64,000 nucleotides of DNA. Source: Alphaproteobacteria bacterium (GTDB lineage Bacteria; Pseudomonadota; Alphaproteobacteria; UBA828). Below, one piece after another: positions 21,607-33,050 of the stretch (position 1 is the first letter of the stretch; the number at the start of each line of letters is the position of its first letter). Location: assembly GCA_965220745.1 (NCBI GenBank), contig CBDCQT010000003.1, positions 64,001 through 128,000 of the forward strand, given 5' to 3'. The notes beneath the pieces are model-generated. The model was not told the DNA's origin. It did no database searches and was given only the letters and a program-made list of their open reading frames with translations. The translations under genes and the position numbers were made by a program.

Positions 21607-22407
21607 ATGACGGGCTACGACGGCTACACCACGATGACGTTTGTGCGCGAGCGCCGCGTACTCACCGTGACGCTGAACCGGCCCGACGTGCTCAACGCCG
21701 TGAGCGCGGCCATGCACGCCGAAATGGCGCGGCTCTTCTACGACATCGCCGCCGACCGCGAGACCGACATCGTCGTGCTGACCGGCGCCGGCCGCGCCTT
21801 CTGCGCCGGCGGCGACATCGACTGGCTCCAGGCCGCGGCCGACGATCCGACGATCTTCGACGGCATCGCCGTCGAGGCGAAGCAGATCGTGTTCGGTCTC
21901 CTCGACCTGGAAAAGCCCGTGATCTGCCGCCTGAACGGCGATGCGGTGGGGCTCGGGGCCACGGTCGCGCTCTTCTGCGACATCATCATCGCGGCGGACG
22001 ACGCGCGGATCGGCGATCTGCACGTCAACATCGGGCTCTCAGCGGGCGACGGCGGGGCGATAATCTGGCCCCAGCTCATCGGCTACCCGCGCGCCAAGGA
22101 GTTCCTGATGACCGGCCGGCTGATCGATGGCGCCGAAGCCGCGGCGATGGGCCTCGTGAACGAGGCGGTCCCGCTTGACGAACTCGATGCCCGTACAGTC
22201 CGTATGGTGGGCAAGCTGGAGCGGGGCGCGACCCAGGCGATCCGGCTCACCAAGGTCTCGATCAACGTCGGCCTCAAGCAACTCGCACACGCGATGATGG
22301 ATGCTTCCATCGCCTACGAGACCCTGACCAACGTCTCCGCCGATCACCGCGAAGGGCTCGCGGCCTTCCGCGAGCGGCGCAAGCCCACCTTCGACCAAAG
22401 CCGGTGA
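21607..22407 (+). CDS. Enoyl-CoA hydratase/isomerase family protein
   Basis: TLNRPDVLNA, RAFCAGGD, NGDAVGLGA, GLSAGDGG. Confidence 0.92.
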   Translation: MTGYDGYTTMTFVRERRVLTVTLNRPDVLNAVSAAMHAEMARLFYDIAADRETDIVVLTGAGRAFCAGGDIDWLQAAADDPTIFDGIAVEAKQIVFGLLDLEKPVICRLNGDAVGLGATVALFCDIIIAADDARIGDLHVNIGLSAGDGGAIIWPQLIGYPRAKEFLMTGRLIDGAEAAAMGLVNEAVPLDELDARTVRMVGKLERGATQAIRLTKVSINVGLKQLAHAMMDASIAYETLTNVSADHREGLAAFRERRKPTFDQSR

Positions 22408-24224
22408 CGGCGATGGCGACGCGAAGGGCGCGAGGGCTCGACAGCGCTGCAGAGGTGCGCGAAGACGGCGCGCTGCCGGGATGGGACCTCTCCGATCTCT
22501 ATCCCGCGCCTGACTCGGACGAACTCCAACACGACCTGGAGCAGGCGGCTGTGGCGGCCGAGTTGCTGCACGAGGAGTTCGCGGGCCGCGTCGCCGATCT
22601 CGATGGCGCGGCCTTGGGCGGCCTGATCGCGCGCTACGAGGCGATCCAGGAGACCCTGGAGCGGCTGACGAGCTACGCCTACCTCGTCTACTGCACGGCG
22701 ATGGACGACGCCGAGACGGCGCAGTTCTTCCAGACCGCGCGGGAAGAAACCACCGCCACGACCAGCCGGCTGCTCTTCCTCACCCTCGAGCTCAACCGAA
22801 TCGAAGACGATGCGCTCGCGGACAAGCTGCAGGCCCGCGCGCTCGCCCGCTACGCGCCCTGGGTGAGGGACGTGCGGGCGTTCCGCCCTTTCCAGCTCTC
22901 GGACGAGGTGGAGCGCCTCCTGCACGAGAAGCAGGTCGCGGGCCGTGCGGCCTGGATGCGCCTCTTCGACGAGACCATGGCCGCGCTGCGCTTCCCCGTG
23001 AAGGGCGAGCCGCTCACCAGCGCCGACGCGCTCAACCTGCTCTCGGACAAGGACCGCGACGTGCGCAAGGAGGCGGCGCAGGCTTTGGGCACCGTCCTCG
23101 GCGAGAACGTGCGCACCTTCGCGCTCATCACCAACACGCTCGCCAAGGACAAGGAGATCGAGGACCAGTGGCGCGGCTTCGAGCGGCCCATCTCCGCCCG
23201 CAATCTCGGCAACCGGGTGGAGGACGAGGTGGTGGACGCGCTGATCGCGGCCGTCGAGGCCTCGGCGCCTCGTCTTGCCCATCGCTATTACGCGCTCAAG
23301 GCGCGCTGGATGGGCGGGGACCGCCTCGACCATTGGGACCGCACCGCGCCGCTGCCGGAAGACGACGATCGGCTGATCGGCTGGGACGAGGCGGTCGAGA
23401 CCGTGCTCGCGGCCTACCGCACCTTCTCGCCCGAGCTTGCTGCCATCGGTCGGCGCTTCTTCGAGAATGACTGGATCGACGCACCGGTGCGCCACGGCAA
23501 GTCTCCCGGCGCCTTCGCCCATCCCACGGTGCCGGGCGCGCACCCCTACCTGCTGCTCAACTACCAGGGCAAGACACGCGACGTGATGATTTTGGCCCAC
23601 GAGCTCGGCCACGGGGTGCATCAGGTGCTGGCGGGCGGGCAGGGCCTCTTGATGGCGGAGACCCCGCTGACGCTGGCCGAGACCGCCTCTGTCTTCGGCG
23701 AGCAGCTCACCTTCCGCGCGCTGCTCGACGGCGAGAGCGACCCCGTCCGCCGCCGGGTCATGCTCGCCGGCAAGGTCGAGGACATGCTGAACACCGTGGT
23801 GCGCCAGGTCGCCTTCTGCGCCTTCGAGCGGCGCGTGCACGAGGAGCGCCGCTCAGGCGAGCTCACGCCCGATCGACTCTCCGAGCACTGGCTCGCGGTG
23901 CAGAGCGAGAGCCTGGGTCCGGCGCTCCGCTTCCACGACGAATACCGGCATTACTGGACCTACATCCCGCACTTCATCCACGCGCCGTTCTACGTCTACG
24001 CTTATGCCTTCGGCGAGTGCCTGGTGAATGCGCTCTACGCGGTCTATCGGGCCGAGCCCGCCGGCTTCGAGCAGAAGTATCTGGACATGCTGCGGGCCGG
24101 CGGCAGCCTCCGGCATAGGGAGCTGTTGGCCCCGTTCGGCCTCGATGCGAGCGATCCCGCGTTCTGGTCGCGCGGCCTCGACGTGATCGCCGGCTTCGTC
24201 GACGAACTGGAGGCAGCGTTCTAG
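22404..24224 (+). CDS. pepF: Oligoendopeptidase F (M3B peptidase)
   Basis: WDLSDLY, GAFAHP, AHELGHGVH (HExxH), LAETASVFGE, FYVYAYAFG. Confidence 0.92.
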   Translation: MTAMATRRARGLDSAAEVREDGALPGWDLSDLYPAPDSDELQHDLEQAAVAAELLHEEFAGRVADLDGAALGGLIARYEAIQETLERLTSYAYLVYCTAMDDAETAQFFQTAREETTATTSRLLFLTLELNRIEDDALADKLQARALARYAPWVRDVRAFRPFQLSDEVERLLHEKQVAGRAAWMRLFDETMAALRFPVKGEPLTSADALNLLSDKDRDVRKEAAQALGTVLGENVRTFALITNTLAKDKEIEDQWRGFERPISARNLGNRVEDEVVDALIAAVEASAPRLAHRYYALKARWMGGDRLDHWDRTAPLPEDDDRLIGWDEAVETVLAAYRTFSPELAAIGRRFFENDWIDAPVRHGKSPGAFAHPTVPGAHPYLLLNYQGKTRDVMILAHELGHGVHQVLAGGQGLLMAETPLTLAETASVFGEQLTFRALLDGESDPVRRRVMLAGKVEDMLNTVVRQVAFCAFERRVHEERRSGELTPDRLSEHWLAVQSESLGPALRFHDEYRHYWTYIPHFIHAPFYVYAYAFGECLVNALYAVYRAEPAGFEQKYLDMLRAGGSLRHRELLAPFGLDASDPAFWSRGLDVIAGFVDELEAAF

Positions 24225-24247
24225 GGCGGGAGGTCCCCGCCCCGCGC

Positions 24248-25009
24248 CTAAAGAAACACCGTGCCGCCGTCCACCATCAGGGTCTGGCCGGTGACCAGCT
24301 TGCTCGCGTCGGACGCGAGGTAGAGCACGGTGCCGACAAGATCGTCGGTCTCGAGGTTCTTCTGCAGGCTCTGGCCGGTGGCAACGGCCTGAAGCAGCTT
24401 GTCCTTCTTCTCGCCGAAGAATTCGTCGGTCCCCTCGGTCAGCACGGCGCTCGGCGCGATGGCGTTGACCCTGATCCAGTCGCGCCCGAGCTCGCGGGCA
24501 AGCGCGCGGGTCATGCCGATCACCGCGGACTTCGAGGTCGCGTAGTGCAGGCCATAGGGCATGCCGTAGACCGCAGCCAGCGAAGCGATGTTGACGACGG
24601 AGCCGCCGCCCGCCTCGCGCATGGCCGGCACGCACGCCTTGGTGCATTGCCAGACGCCCCGCACATTGACGGCCATGGTCTTGTCCCACTCGTCCTGCGG
24701 GATCTTGTCGAAGCGCCCGCCCTGGATGTCGCCGTAGAGTGCTGCGTTGTTGATGAGCACGTCGATGCGTCCGAACTCGGCGACCGCGTGCTTGGCCATG
24801 GTCTCGCAGCTCGCCATCTCGGCGGCGTCGAGCGCGATGCCGGTGACGCGCCCGTTGGTCTTGCCGATGGCGTCGACCGTCTCGGCCGTGTCGCGGATAT
24901 CGGCGGCGACCACCGCGGCACCCTCGCGCGCCAGCGCCTCGCAATAGGCGCGGCCCAGGCCCCGCCCGCCGCCGGTAACGACGGCGACCTTCCCTTCAAG
25001 CTGTGCCAT
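24248..25009 (-). CDS. Short-chain dehydrogenase/reductase
   Basis: TGGGRGLG, NNAA, YATSK, VTGQTLMVDGG. Confidence 0.93.
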   Translation of the reverse strand: MAQLEGKVAVVTGGGRGLGRAYCEALAREGAAVVAADIRDTAETVDAIGKTNGRVTGIALDAAEMASCETMAKHAVAEFGRIDVLINNAALYGDIQGGRFDKIPQDEWDKTMAVNVRGVWQCTKACVPAMREAGGGSVVNIASLAAVYGMPYGLHYATSKSAVIGMTRALARELGRDWIRVNAIAPSAVLTEGTDEFFGEKKDKLLQAVATGQSLQKNLETDDLVGTVLYLASDASKLVTGQTLMVDGGTVFL

Positions 25010-25178
25010 GGGGTCTCCCGCTTATCTCGGATGTACGCGCCAGCCCGGCCGCGCCGGCGCCGACGGACCACGACATAGGCCACAACGGGCGCCGCCGCAA
25101 GCCGTCCGCCCGGCTGCCTTCGCATTCTGCGGCCCGGTGCTAGAATGCCGCCCGCAAGCCCGAGAGCTGGAGGGAACG

Positions 25179-25991
25179 ATGGCGACCGAGATCGTGGAAC
25201 TGCCGGAAGGGATCGCGCGCACGCTGCGCCGCAAGGACGATGACGGCGTGACGACGCTCACGCTGAACCGGCCCAAGTCGGGCAACAGCCTCTCCCACCG
25301 GCTGGTGCACGAGCTGCAGGACACCCTCGACGAGATCAGGGACGACCGCTCCGTGCGGGTGGTGATCCTGGCGGCGGCCGGGCGGCTCTTCTGCACCGGG
25401 CACGACCTCAATGAATCCGTCGAGGCCATGAAGCAGCCCGAGACCAAGCGCGAAGCCACCGCCACTTGCTCGCGCATGATGCAGAGCCTGATCGGCCTGC
25501 CCCAGCCGGTGATCGCCAAGGTCCACAGCATCGCCACCGCTGCCGGCTGCGAGCTGGTCGCGAGCTGCGATCTGGTCTACGCCTCGTCGGAGGCCAAGTT
25601 CGCCACCCCCGGCGTGAACATCGGCTTCTGGTGCCACTCGCCGCAGGTGGCAGTGAGCCGCGCCGTCGCGCCCAAGCACGCGATGCAGATGCTGCTCACC
25701 GGCAAGATGGTGGATGCCGAGACTGCCTTTCGCATGGGGCTGGTCAGCGAGGTCGTGGAGCCCGACAAGTTGGGCGAGCGGGTGGACGAGGTCGCGCGGC
25801 ATATCGCGTCGAAGTCGTCCTACGCCATCGCCCAGGGCAAGCGGTCCTTCTACCGCCAGCTGGAGATGGACCGGGGCGATGCCTACGACTACGCCGGCGA
25901 GGTGATCTACCGCACCATCCAGGCTGACGACGCGCGCGAGGGCATCACGGCCTTCCTGGAAAAACGGGATCCTGTCTGGAAGGATTCCTGA
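25179..25991 (+). CDS. Enoyl-CoA hydratase family protein
   Basis: LTLNRPKSGNSLS, FCTGHDL, ATAAGCELVASCD, FATPGVNIG. Confidence 0.92.
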   Translation: MATEIVELPEGIARTLRRKDDDGVTTLTLNRPKSGNSLSHRLVHELQDTLDEIRDDRSVRVVILAAAGRLFCTGHDLNESVEAMKQPETKREATATCSRMMQSLIGLPQPVIAKVHSIATAAGCELVASCDLVYASSEAKFATPGVNIGFWCHSPQVAVSRAVAPKHAMQMLLTGKMVDAETAFRMGLVSEVVEPDKLGERVDEVARHIASKSSYAIAQGKRSFYRQLEMDRGDAYDYAGEVIYRTIQADDAREGITAFLEKRDPVWKDS

Positions 25992-26013
25992 CGCCGCCCT
26001 CTCGGCCGTCCTG

Positions 26014-26211
26014 TCATAGCTTCTCGTCGATTCCCGCCTGTTTCAGAATATGGTTGGCTGTATGCCGGCTCTTGATCTTGCTTGGGACGGTGATGACCAG
26101 CCCGGTGCGGTCCGCACTCTGCCACTGTTCGTGGCTTGACCTGCCTTGGCGGATTTTGACCCAACCGGCCGCTCTCAGAAGGCTTTTCACCTTCCGTTCG
26201 AAAGTCGCCAC
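26014..26211 (-). CDS. hicA: HicA-family toxin (mRNA interferase)
   Basis: 65 aa, LRAAGWVKIRQGRSSHEQW...TVP...ANHILKQAG. Confidence 0.85.
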   Translation of the reverse strand: MATFERKVKSLLRAAGWVKIRQGRSSHEQWQSADRTGLVITVPSKIKSRHTANHILKQAGIDEKL

Positions 26212-26224
26212 TGCGATACCAGTG

Positions 26225-26545
26225 CTACACGTGTGACGGGATCAGTGTTTCCTCGACGACATAGCGGGGCGTCCGTGCGCTAACCTGCGACCGAGAATGT
26301 TGATGGTGCCCTGGTTGCCCGGCTGGTTGGCCTGCCTGCTGAAGCCGCACCGTCACTTGCACGTCAGCGTCTCGCGGCACGTCCAAATTTTGCTCGAGCA
26401 GTTGCGGCACCATCTCCATGACGGCCTCAAGCATGCCGCCGAGCGTATCCGCTTCGAGCGTCAGACCCGGTATGTCCTCGCTCGTCGCAACGAACACGTC
26501 GGTTTCCTCGCAGTGGAAAACATCGACGCTGTACAAGTTGGCCAT
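26225..26545 (-). CDS. DUF1902 / HicB-like antitoxin
   Basis: VFVATSEDIPGLTLEADTL...VPQLLEQN; adjacent to hicA. Confidence 0.8.
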   Translation of the reverse strand: MANLYSVDVFHCEETDVFVATSEDIPGLTLEADTLGGMLEAVMEMVPQLLEQNLDVPRDADVQVTVRLQQAGQPAGQPGHHQHSRSQVSARTPRYVVEETLIPSHV

Positions 26546-26616
26546 CGCATCCCACTCCACGGCGGCCGTGCTGCGGCGCTCCAAGCCCGCACCGCGTGAA
26601 TTGCCGGAACGTTACG

Positions 26617-27156
26617 CTAGTCCCGCGCCGGGTACCAGTAGAGCGGGTCCGGGCGCTGGTAGCCCTCCGGGCGGTAGATCAGCTCCAGGGTGGTCTTGAG
26701 CGCGTCCTCGGTCTGGAAGTAGCAGAAGCGCACGCCGCGCCATCCGCCGCTCATGACTCGCTCAAAGCCGCGCGCCTCCATGTCGGCGATGCAGCCGTCC
26801 ATATCCAGGCCCGTGTCCTGCAGCAGAAAGCCCACGTGCTGCAGCCCCTCGCCGTGTTCCTCAAGGAACTCGTGATAGATGCTGGGCCCCTCCAGAGGCT
26901 CGATCACCTCCCAATTGAGATCGCCGGTCCAGGCCAGCGCGAGGCGCATGGAGAACTGGCCGGCGCTGCCGCGAAAGTATCTGTCGGTCAGGTCCGGTGG
27001 CCCGTATTCCTGGACCCACCAGGGGCCGATCCCCATGCGGTCCGCATAGTTGCGGATGCAGGCGTCGAGGTCGCGGGTAACGATGCAGATTTGCCGGGTC
27101 TGGCCGATGAGGCTGTTGGGCAGGTCGGTGAAGACGTGGTCGGGTGAGACGCTCAT
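26617..27156 (-). CDS. VOC family protein (methylmalonyl-CoA epimerase/glyoxalase-like)
   Basis: QICIVTRDLD, GIGPW, EVIEPLEGPSIYHEFLEEHGEGLQHVG. Confidence 0.88.
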   Translation of the reverse strand: MSVSPDHVFTDLPNSLIGQTRQICIVTRDLDACIRNYADRMGIGPWWVQEYGPPDLTDRYFRGSAGQFSMRLALAWTGDLNWEVIEPLEGPSIYHEFLEEHGEGLQHVGFLLQDTGLDMDGCIADMEARGFERVMSGGWRGVRFCYFQTEDALKTTLELIYRPEGYQRPDPLYWYPARD

Positions 27157-27169
27157 ATGTATCCGATCC

Positions 27170-29500
<2,331 letters not shown>

Positions 29501-29686
29501 CGTTCTCTCCCCGTCTCGTGCGGGCATGATAGGGAACTCGGCCGCGGGCGTCATCTTGGCCGGACACCGAGGACTTGCCGGTGCACGGGGTCTGCGCCCC
29601 TGCCCGAATCGGGCGCCTCTGTGCTACCTAGCCGGAAAGGGCGGAGTGCCGGTGCGGCCTCCGCGAGCGAGTCAGAGGAGGAAGGG

Positions 29687-30145
29687 ATGACGTTTGAGGA
29701 GAAGGTCGAGCGGCTCAGCGCGATCGAGGACATCAAGCAGCTCAAGGCGCGCTATTGCCAGCTCTGCGACGCCGGCTACGACCCCGACGGCATCGCGGCG
29801 ATGTTCGTGGAAGATGGCGTGTGGGACGGGGGCGAGAACTTCGGCTGCCATGTCGGGCGTGAGGCGATCCACGGCTTCTTCTCAGGCATCTCCAACGACA
29901 TCGTCTTCGCCGCACACCTCGTGCTCAACCCGATCATCACGGTGGATGGCGACAGCGCCAACGGCAAGTGGTGGCTGATCATGCCGTGCACCACCGAGCT
30001 CGGCGGGGGGCCGAAGGAGGCGCGCTGGCTGCTCGCGGAGTACGACGACGATTACGTCCGGGTCGACGGCACCTGGTACTACAAGCACCTGCGCATCGAC
30101 CTGAAGTTCTTCACCCCGCACAAGGACGGCTGGGTGGAGACCTGA
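29687..30145 (+). CDS. NTF2/SnoaL-like protein (LinA/BaiE/scytalone dehydratase-like)
   Basis: IEDIKQLKARYCQLCD, FVEDGVW, AAHLVLNPII, YDDDYVRVDGTW. Confidence 0.82.
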   Translation: MTFEEKVERLSAIEDIKQLKARYCQLCDAGYDPDGIAAMFVEDGVWDGGENFGCHVGREAIHGFFSGISNDIVFAAHLVLNPIITVDGDSANGKWWLIMPCTTELGGGPKEARWLLAEYDDDYVRVDGTWYYKHLRIDLKFFTPHKDGWVET

Positions 30146-30159
30146 GCTCGCCTCTCCCA

Positions 30160-30200
30160 ACTTATTCATTCCCTCAGTCGCCGAGCGCTCGCTCCGTTCG
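30160..30200 (+). repeat. Dispersed repeat, family A, partial copy 3
   Basis: ACTTATTCATTCCCTCAGTCGCCGAGCGCTCGCTCCGTTCG resembles the terminus of copies 1 and 2. Confidence 0.65.
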
Positions 30201-30353
30201 ATCGTGCGCTCCGCGCGCGTGGACGCACGACGCTCCGCGCTTACGCGCGGCGCCCCCTCCTCACCCTGGCCAGTTTCTGGGTTTTCATCCCATTTGCCCC
30301 CTGATTGAGAAGCAGGCCCTGATCCTGATGAGAAATCCGGGCTAAAAGGTCGC

Positions 30354-31247
30354 ATGGTCTCCCCGCAATCCGCGTCGGCCGCGCCGCTCCTCGGCGTCCT
30401 CTACATGTGCGTGGCCGCAGGCTTTGGGCTGCCGGGGCTGAACGCCCTCGTGAAGGCGCTCATAGCCGACTATCACATGGTGCAGATCATCTGGTTCCGC
30501 TGCGTCGTGCACCTGGGCTTCATGGTGGTGCTCTTCATGCCGGCGATGGGGCCGAGAGTCTTCGCGAGCCGCCGCCCGTGGCTGCAGTCGATCCGTTCTC
30601 TCACCCAGCTCGTTACCTTCACGCTGATCTGGGTGGCGCTCTTCTGGACGCCCATCACGACCGTCACCATGGTGCTCTTCACCGGCCCGCTGATGCTGGT
30701 GGCGCTCTCCGTGCCCTTCCTCGGCGAGCGGGTGGGGCCGCGCCGTTGGGCGGCGGTCGTCGTCGGCTTCGCCGGCGTGCTGATCGTCCTCCGTCCCGGC
30801 GCCGACGTGGTGCACTGGGGCGCGCTGCTGGTGCTCGGCGGCGCGTTCTTCTACGCCATCTATCAGATCCAGACCCGCAAGCTCGCGGGCTACGACGATC
30901 CGCGCACGACGGCGGTCTACACCATCCTCGCCGCCTTCATCGTGGCCACGGTCGCGGTGCCGTTCTTCTGGGAAATGCCGCGCAATACCGTGGACTGGCT
31001 GTTGTTCCTGTCGCTTGGCGTCGTCGGTGGGCTCGCCCACTATTTCATCATCAAGGCCTATCAGTACGCCGAGGCCTCGCTGGTCGGCCCCTTCGACTAC
31101 AGCCAGCTCGTGGGCGCCAGCATCTTCGGCTTCGCGTTTTTCGGCGAGGTTCCCGACCTGTGGACTTGGGTCGGCGCCGCCGTGATCATCGCGAGCGGAC
31201 TCTATATTGCCCACCGGGAAGCGCGCCTGAGGCGAACGGCCGTCTGA
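30354..31247 (+). CDS. DMT/EamA family transporter
   Basis: Highly hydrophobic, LGERVGPRRW, GPFDYSQL. Confidence 0.9.
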   Translation: MVSPQSASAAPLLGVLYMCVAAGFGLPGLNALVKALIADYHMVQIIWFRCVVHLGFMVVLFMPAMGPRVFASRRPWLQSIRSLTQLVTFTLIWVALFWTPITTVTMVLFTGPLMLVALSVPFLGERVGPRRWAAVVVGFAGVLIVLRPGADVVHWGALLVLGGAFFYAIYQIQTRKLAGYDDPRTTAVYTILAAFIVATVAVPFFWEMPRNTVDWLLFLSLGVVGGLAHYFIIKAYQYAEASLVGPFDYSQLVGASIFGFAFFGEVPDLWTWVGAAVIIASGLYIAHREARLRRTAV

Positions 31248-31300
31248 GCCCGCCAACGCCGGCTCTGGCCGGGCCACGGGCGATCCCATAGAACAAGTAG

Positions 31301-32212
31301 ATGACCGTCGCGCCCGCCCGCCTCGACGACTCGTTCCGGGGCATCCTGTTCATGTGTCTCACCGCGATCGTCCTTTTTCCGTTTCTCAACGCGTTGGTCA
31401 AGTATCTGCTCTCACACGATTATTCGATCGTGCAGATCATGTGGATGCGCTCGGTCATCCACATGGCGTGGATGCTCGCGCTGTTCCTGCCCCGTGGCGG
31501 CCTGCGTATCCTGCGCAGCAGCCGGCCCGGCCTGCAGCTCGTCCGCTCCTCGCTGCAGCTGGTGGCGCTGGTGCTCTACATCATCGCGCTCTCTCACGTG
31601 TCGCTCACCGCGATAACGATGGCCTTCTTCACGGCGCCGCTCATGGTGGTGGCGCTTTCGGTGCCCATGCTGGGGGAGCGGGTGGGGCCCCGGCGCTGGG
31701 CCGCCGTGGCGTTCGGCTTTGCCGGTGCGGCGGTGATCTTCCGCCCCGGCGGGGAGATCATTCACTGGTCGTTTCTGTTGGTGCTCGGCGCCGCCGCGGC
31801 TTACGCGGTCTTCCAGATACAGACCCGCCAGCTCGCGGGCCACGACGACTACCGCACCACCGCGATCTACACGATCATCGTGGCGCTGGTGGCGACCACC
31901 TGCGCCGGGCCGTTCTTCTGGACCTGGCCAACGGATCCGATCCACTGGGCGGTCTTCTTCGGCCTCGGCCTGTTCGGCGGCATCGGCCATTTCGGCGTCA
32001 TCAAGGCGTACCAGTACGGCCGCGCCTCGGTGGTCGGCCCCTTCGACTACGGGCAGCTGATCGGCGCTGCGGTGATCGGCTTCCTCTGGTTCGGTGAGGT
32101 CGTGGACCTCTGGACCTGGCTGGGCGCAGCGCTAATTGTCGCCAGCGGCATCTACATCGCGCGCCGCGAGGCGGTGCAGGGCGCAGGCCGCGGACCCAAG
32201 GCGCATCTTTAG
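31301..32212 (+). CDS. DMT/EamA family transporter (tandem paralog)
   Basis: LGERVGPRRW, GPFDYGQL; clear paralog of the upstream gene. Confidence 0.9.
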   Translation: MTVAPARLDDSFRGILFMCLTAIVLFPFLNALVKYLLSHDYSIVQIMWMRSVIHMAWMLALFLPRGGLRILRSSRPGLQLVRSSLQLVALVLYIIALSHVSLTAITMAFFTAPLMVVALSVPMLGERVGPRRWAAVAFGFAGAAVIFRPGGEIIHWSFLLVLGAAAAYAVFQIQTRQLAGHDDYRTTAIYTIIVALVATTCAGPFFWTWPTDPIHWAVFFGLGLFGGIGHFGVIKAYQYGRASVVGPFDYGQLIGAAVIGFLWFGEVVDLWTWLGAALIVASGIYIARREAVQGAGRGPKAHL

Positions 32213-32868
32213 TTTGGCTTTCTCACCAGGGGGGCGGCCCAGGCGGCGAGACCAGCGAGCAGCGCGGCGAGCACCGCCCATCCCTGCCAGGTGCCCATCG
32301 TCACGAGTGTGAGCGTGGAGACTGCGAGCCACAGCACCGGGGCGATGCACAGAAGGGCCGTCCAGCGGCCGCGCTCCGCGAGTGTCAACAGGCCGAGTGT
32401 GGCAATGGCCGTGGGGTCCGGGGCGATGGCGACGACCTCCGCTTCGCTCCAAGGTCGTCCGTCGAGCGGCGCGAGAACGGGCCACACCAGCGCCGCCGCG
32501 ACCAGCAGGCCGATGCCGGACCAGGCGCCGCGCCCCCGCTGTACGAAGACGAGCCGGCCCGAGAGTCCGAGCCCCGCGAGCAGGGCGGCCTCGGCGTAGA
32601 AGCCCCAGGCGAGCGTGGGCGCCAACCAGTTGACGGTGCCGTAGCGCAGCGCGACGAACTGCCAGCCGGTCCAGAGCCAGGCGGCCCCGAGTGCTGGGCC
32701 GAGCCACCACCCGGAGGGCCGCCTCCCCAATGTGAAGGTGAGCGCAAGCAACGCAACGGCCGCCAGCACCACCGGCTGGGATGGCCAGACCGACTCGTTT
32801 TCCAGCGCGAAGAGCCGCCAATAGACCTGCGGCGAGAACAGCAGCAGGTCTTCGAGCGTCCAGGACAC
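32209..32868 (-). CDS. DUF6064-like membrane protein
   Basis: DLLLFSPQVYWRLF...N..VWP, APDPTAIATLG; hydrophobic. Confidence 0.65.
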   Translation of the reverse strand: MSWTLEDLLLFSPQVYWRLFALENESVWPSQPVVLAAVALLALTFTLGRRPSGWWLGPALGAAWLWTGWQFVALRYGTVNWLAPTLAWGFYAEAALLAGLGLSGRLVFVQRGRGAWSGIGLLVAAALVWPVLAPLDGRPWSEAEVVAIAPDPTAIATLGLLTLAERGRWTALLCIAPVLWLAVSTLTLVTMGTWQGWAVLAALLAGLAAWAAPLVRKPN

Positions 32869-32921
32869 GGCTAGGCTAGAGCATCATCCGCCCATGCCGG
32901 ATCGCGGTGGCCCGAACCTCA

Positions 32922-33036
32922 CCCACCTCTCCCTGACCCTCTCCGCCCTCCAAGGCGGAGAGGGAACGCAGGCTGCACCGCCCTTTTCTCCCTCTCCTCC
33001 CCGCGGGGGAGGAGAGGGCCGGGGAGAGGAGGGGGG
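32922..33036. repeat. REP-like bipartite palindromic repeat, family B, copy 2
   Basis: CCCTCTCCGCC-CTCCAA-GGCGGAGAGGG hairpin and inverted unit CCCTCTCCTCCCC-GCG-GGGGAGGAGAGGG. Confidence 0.78.
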
Positions 33037-33050
33037 AATTCGGGTAGCCC

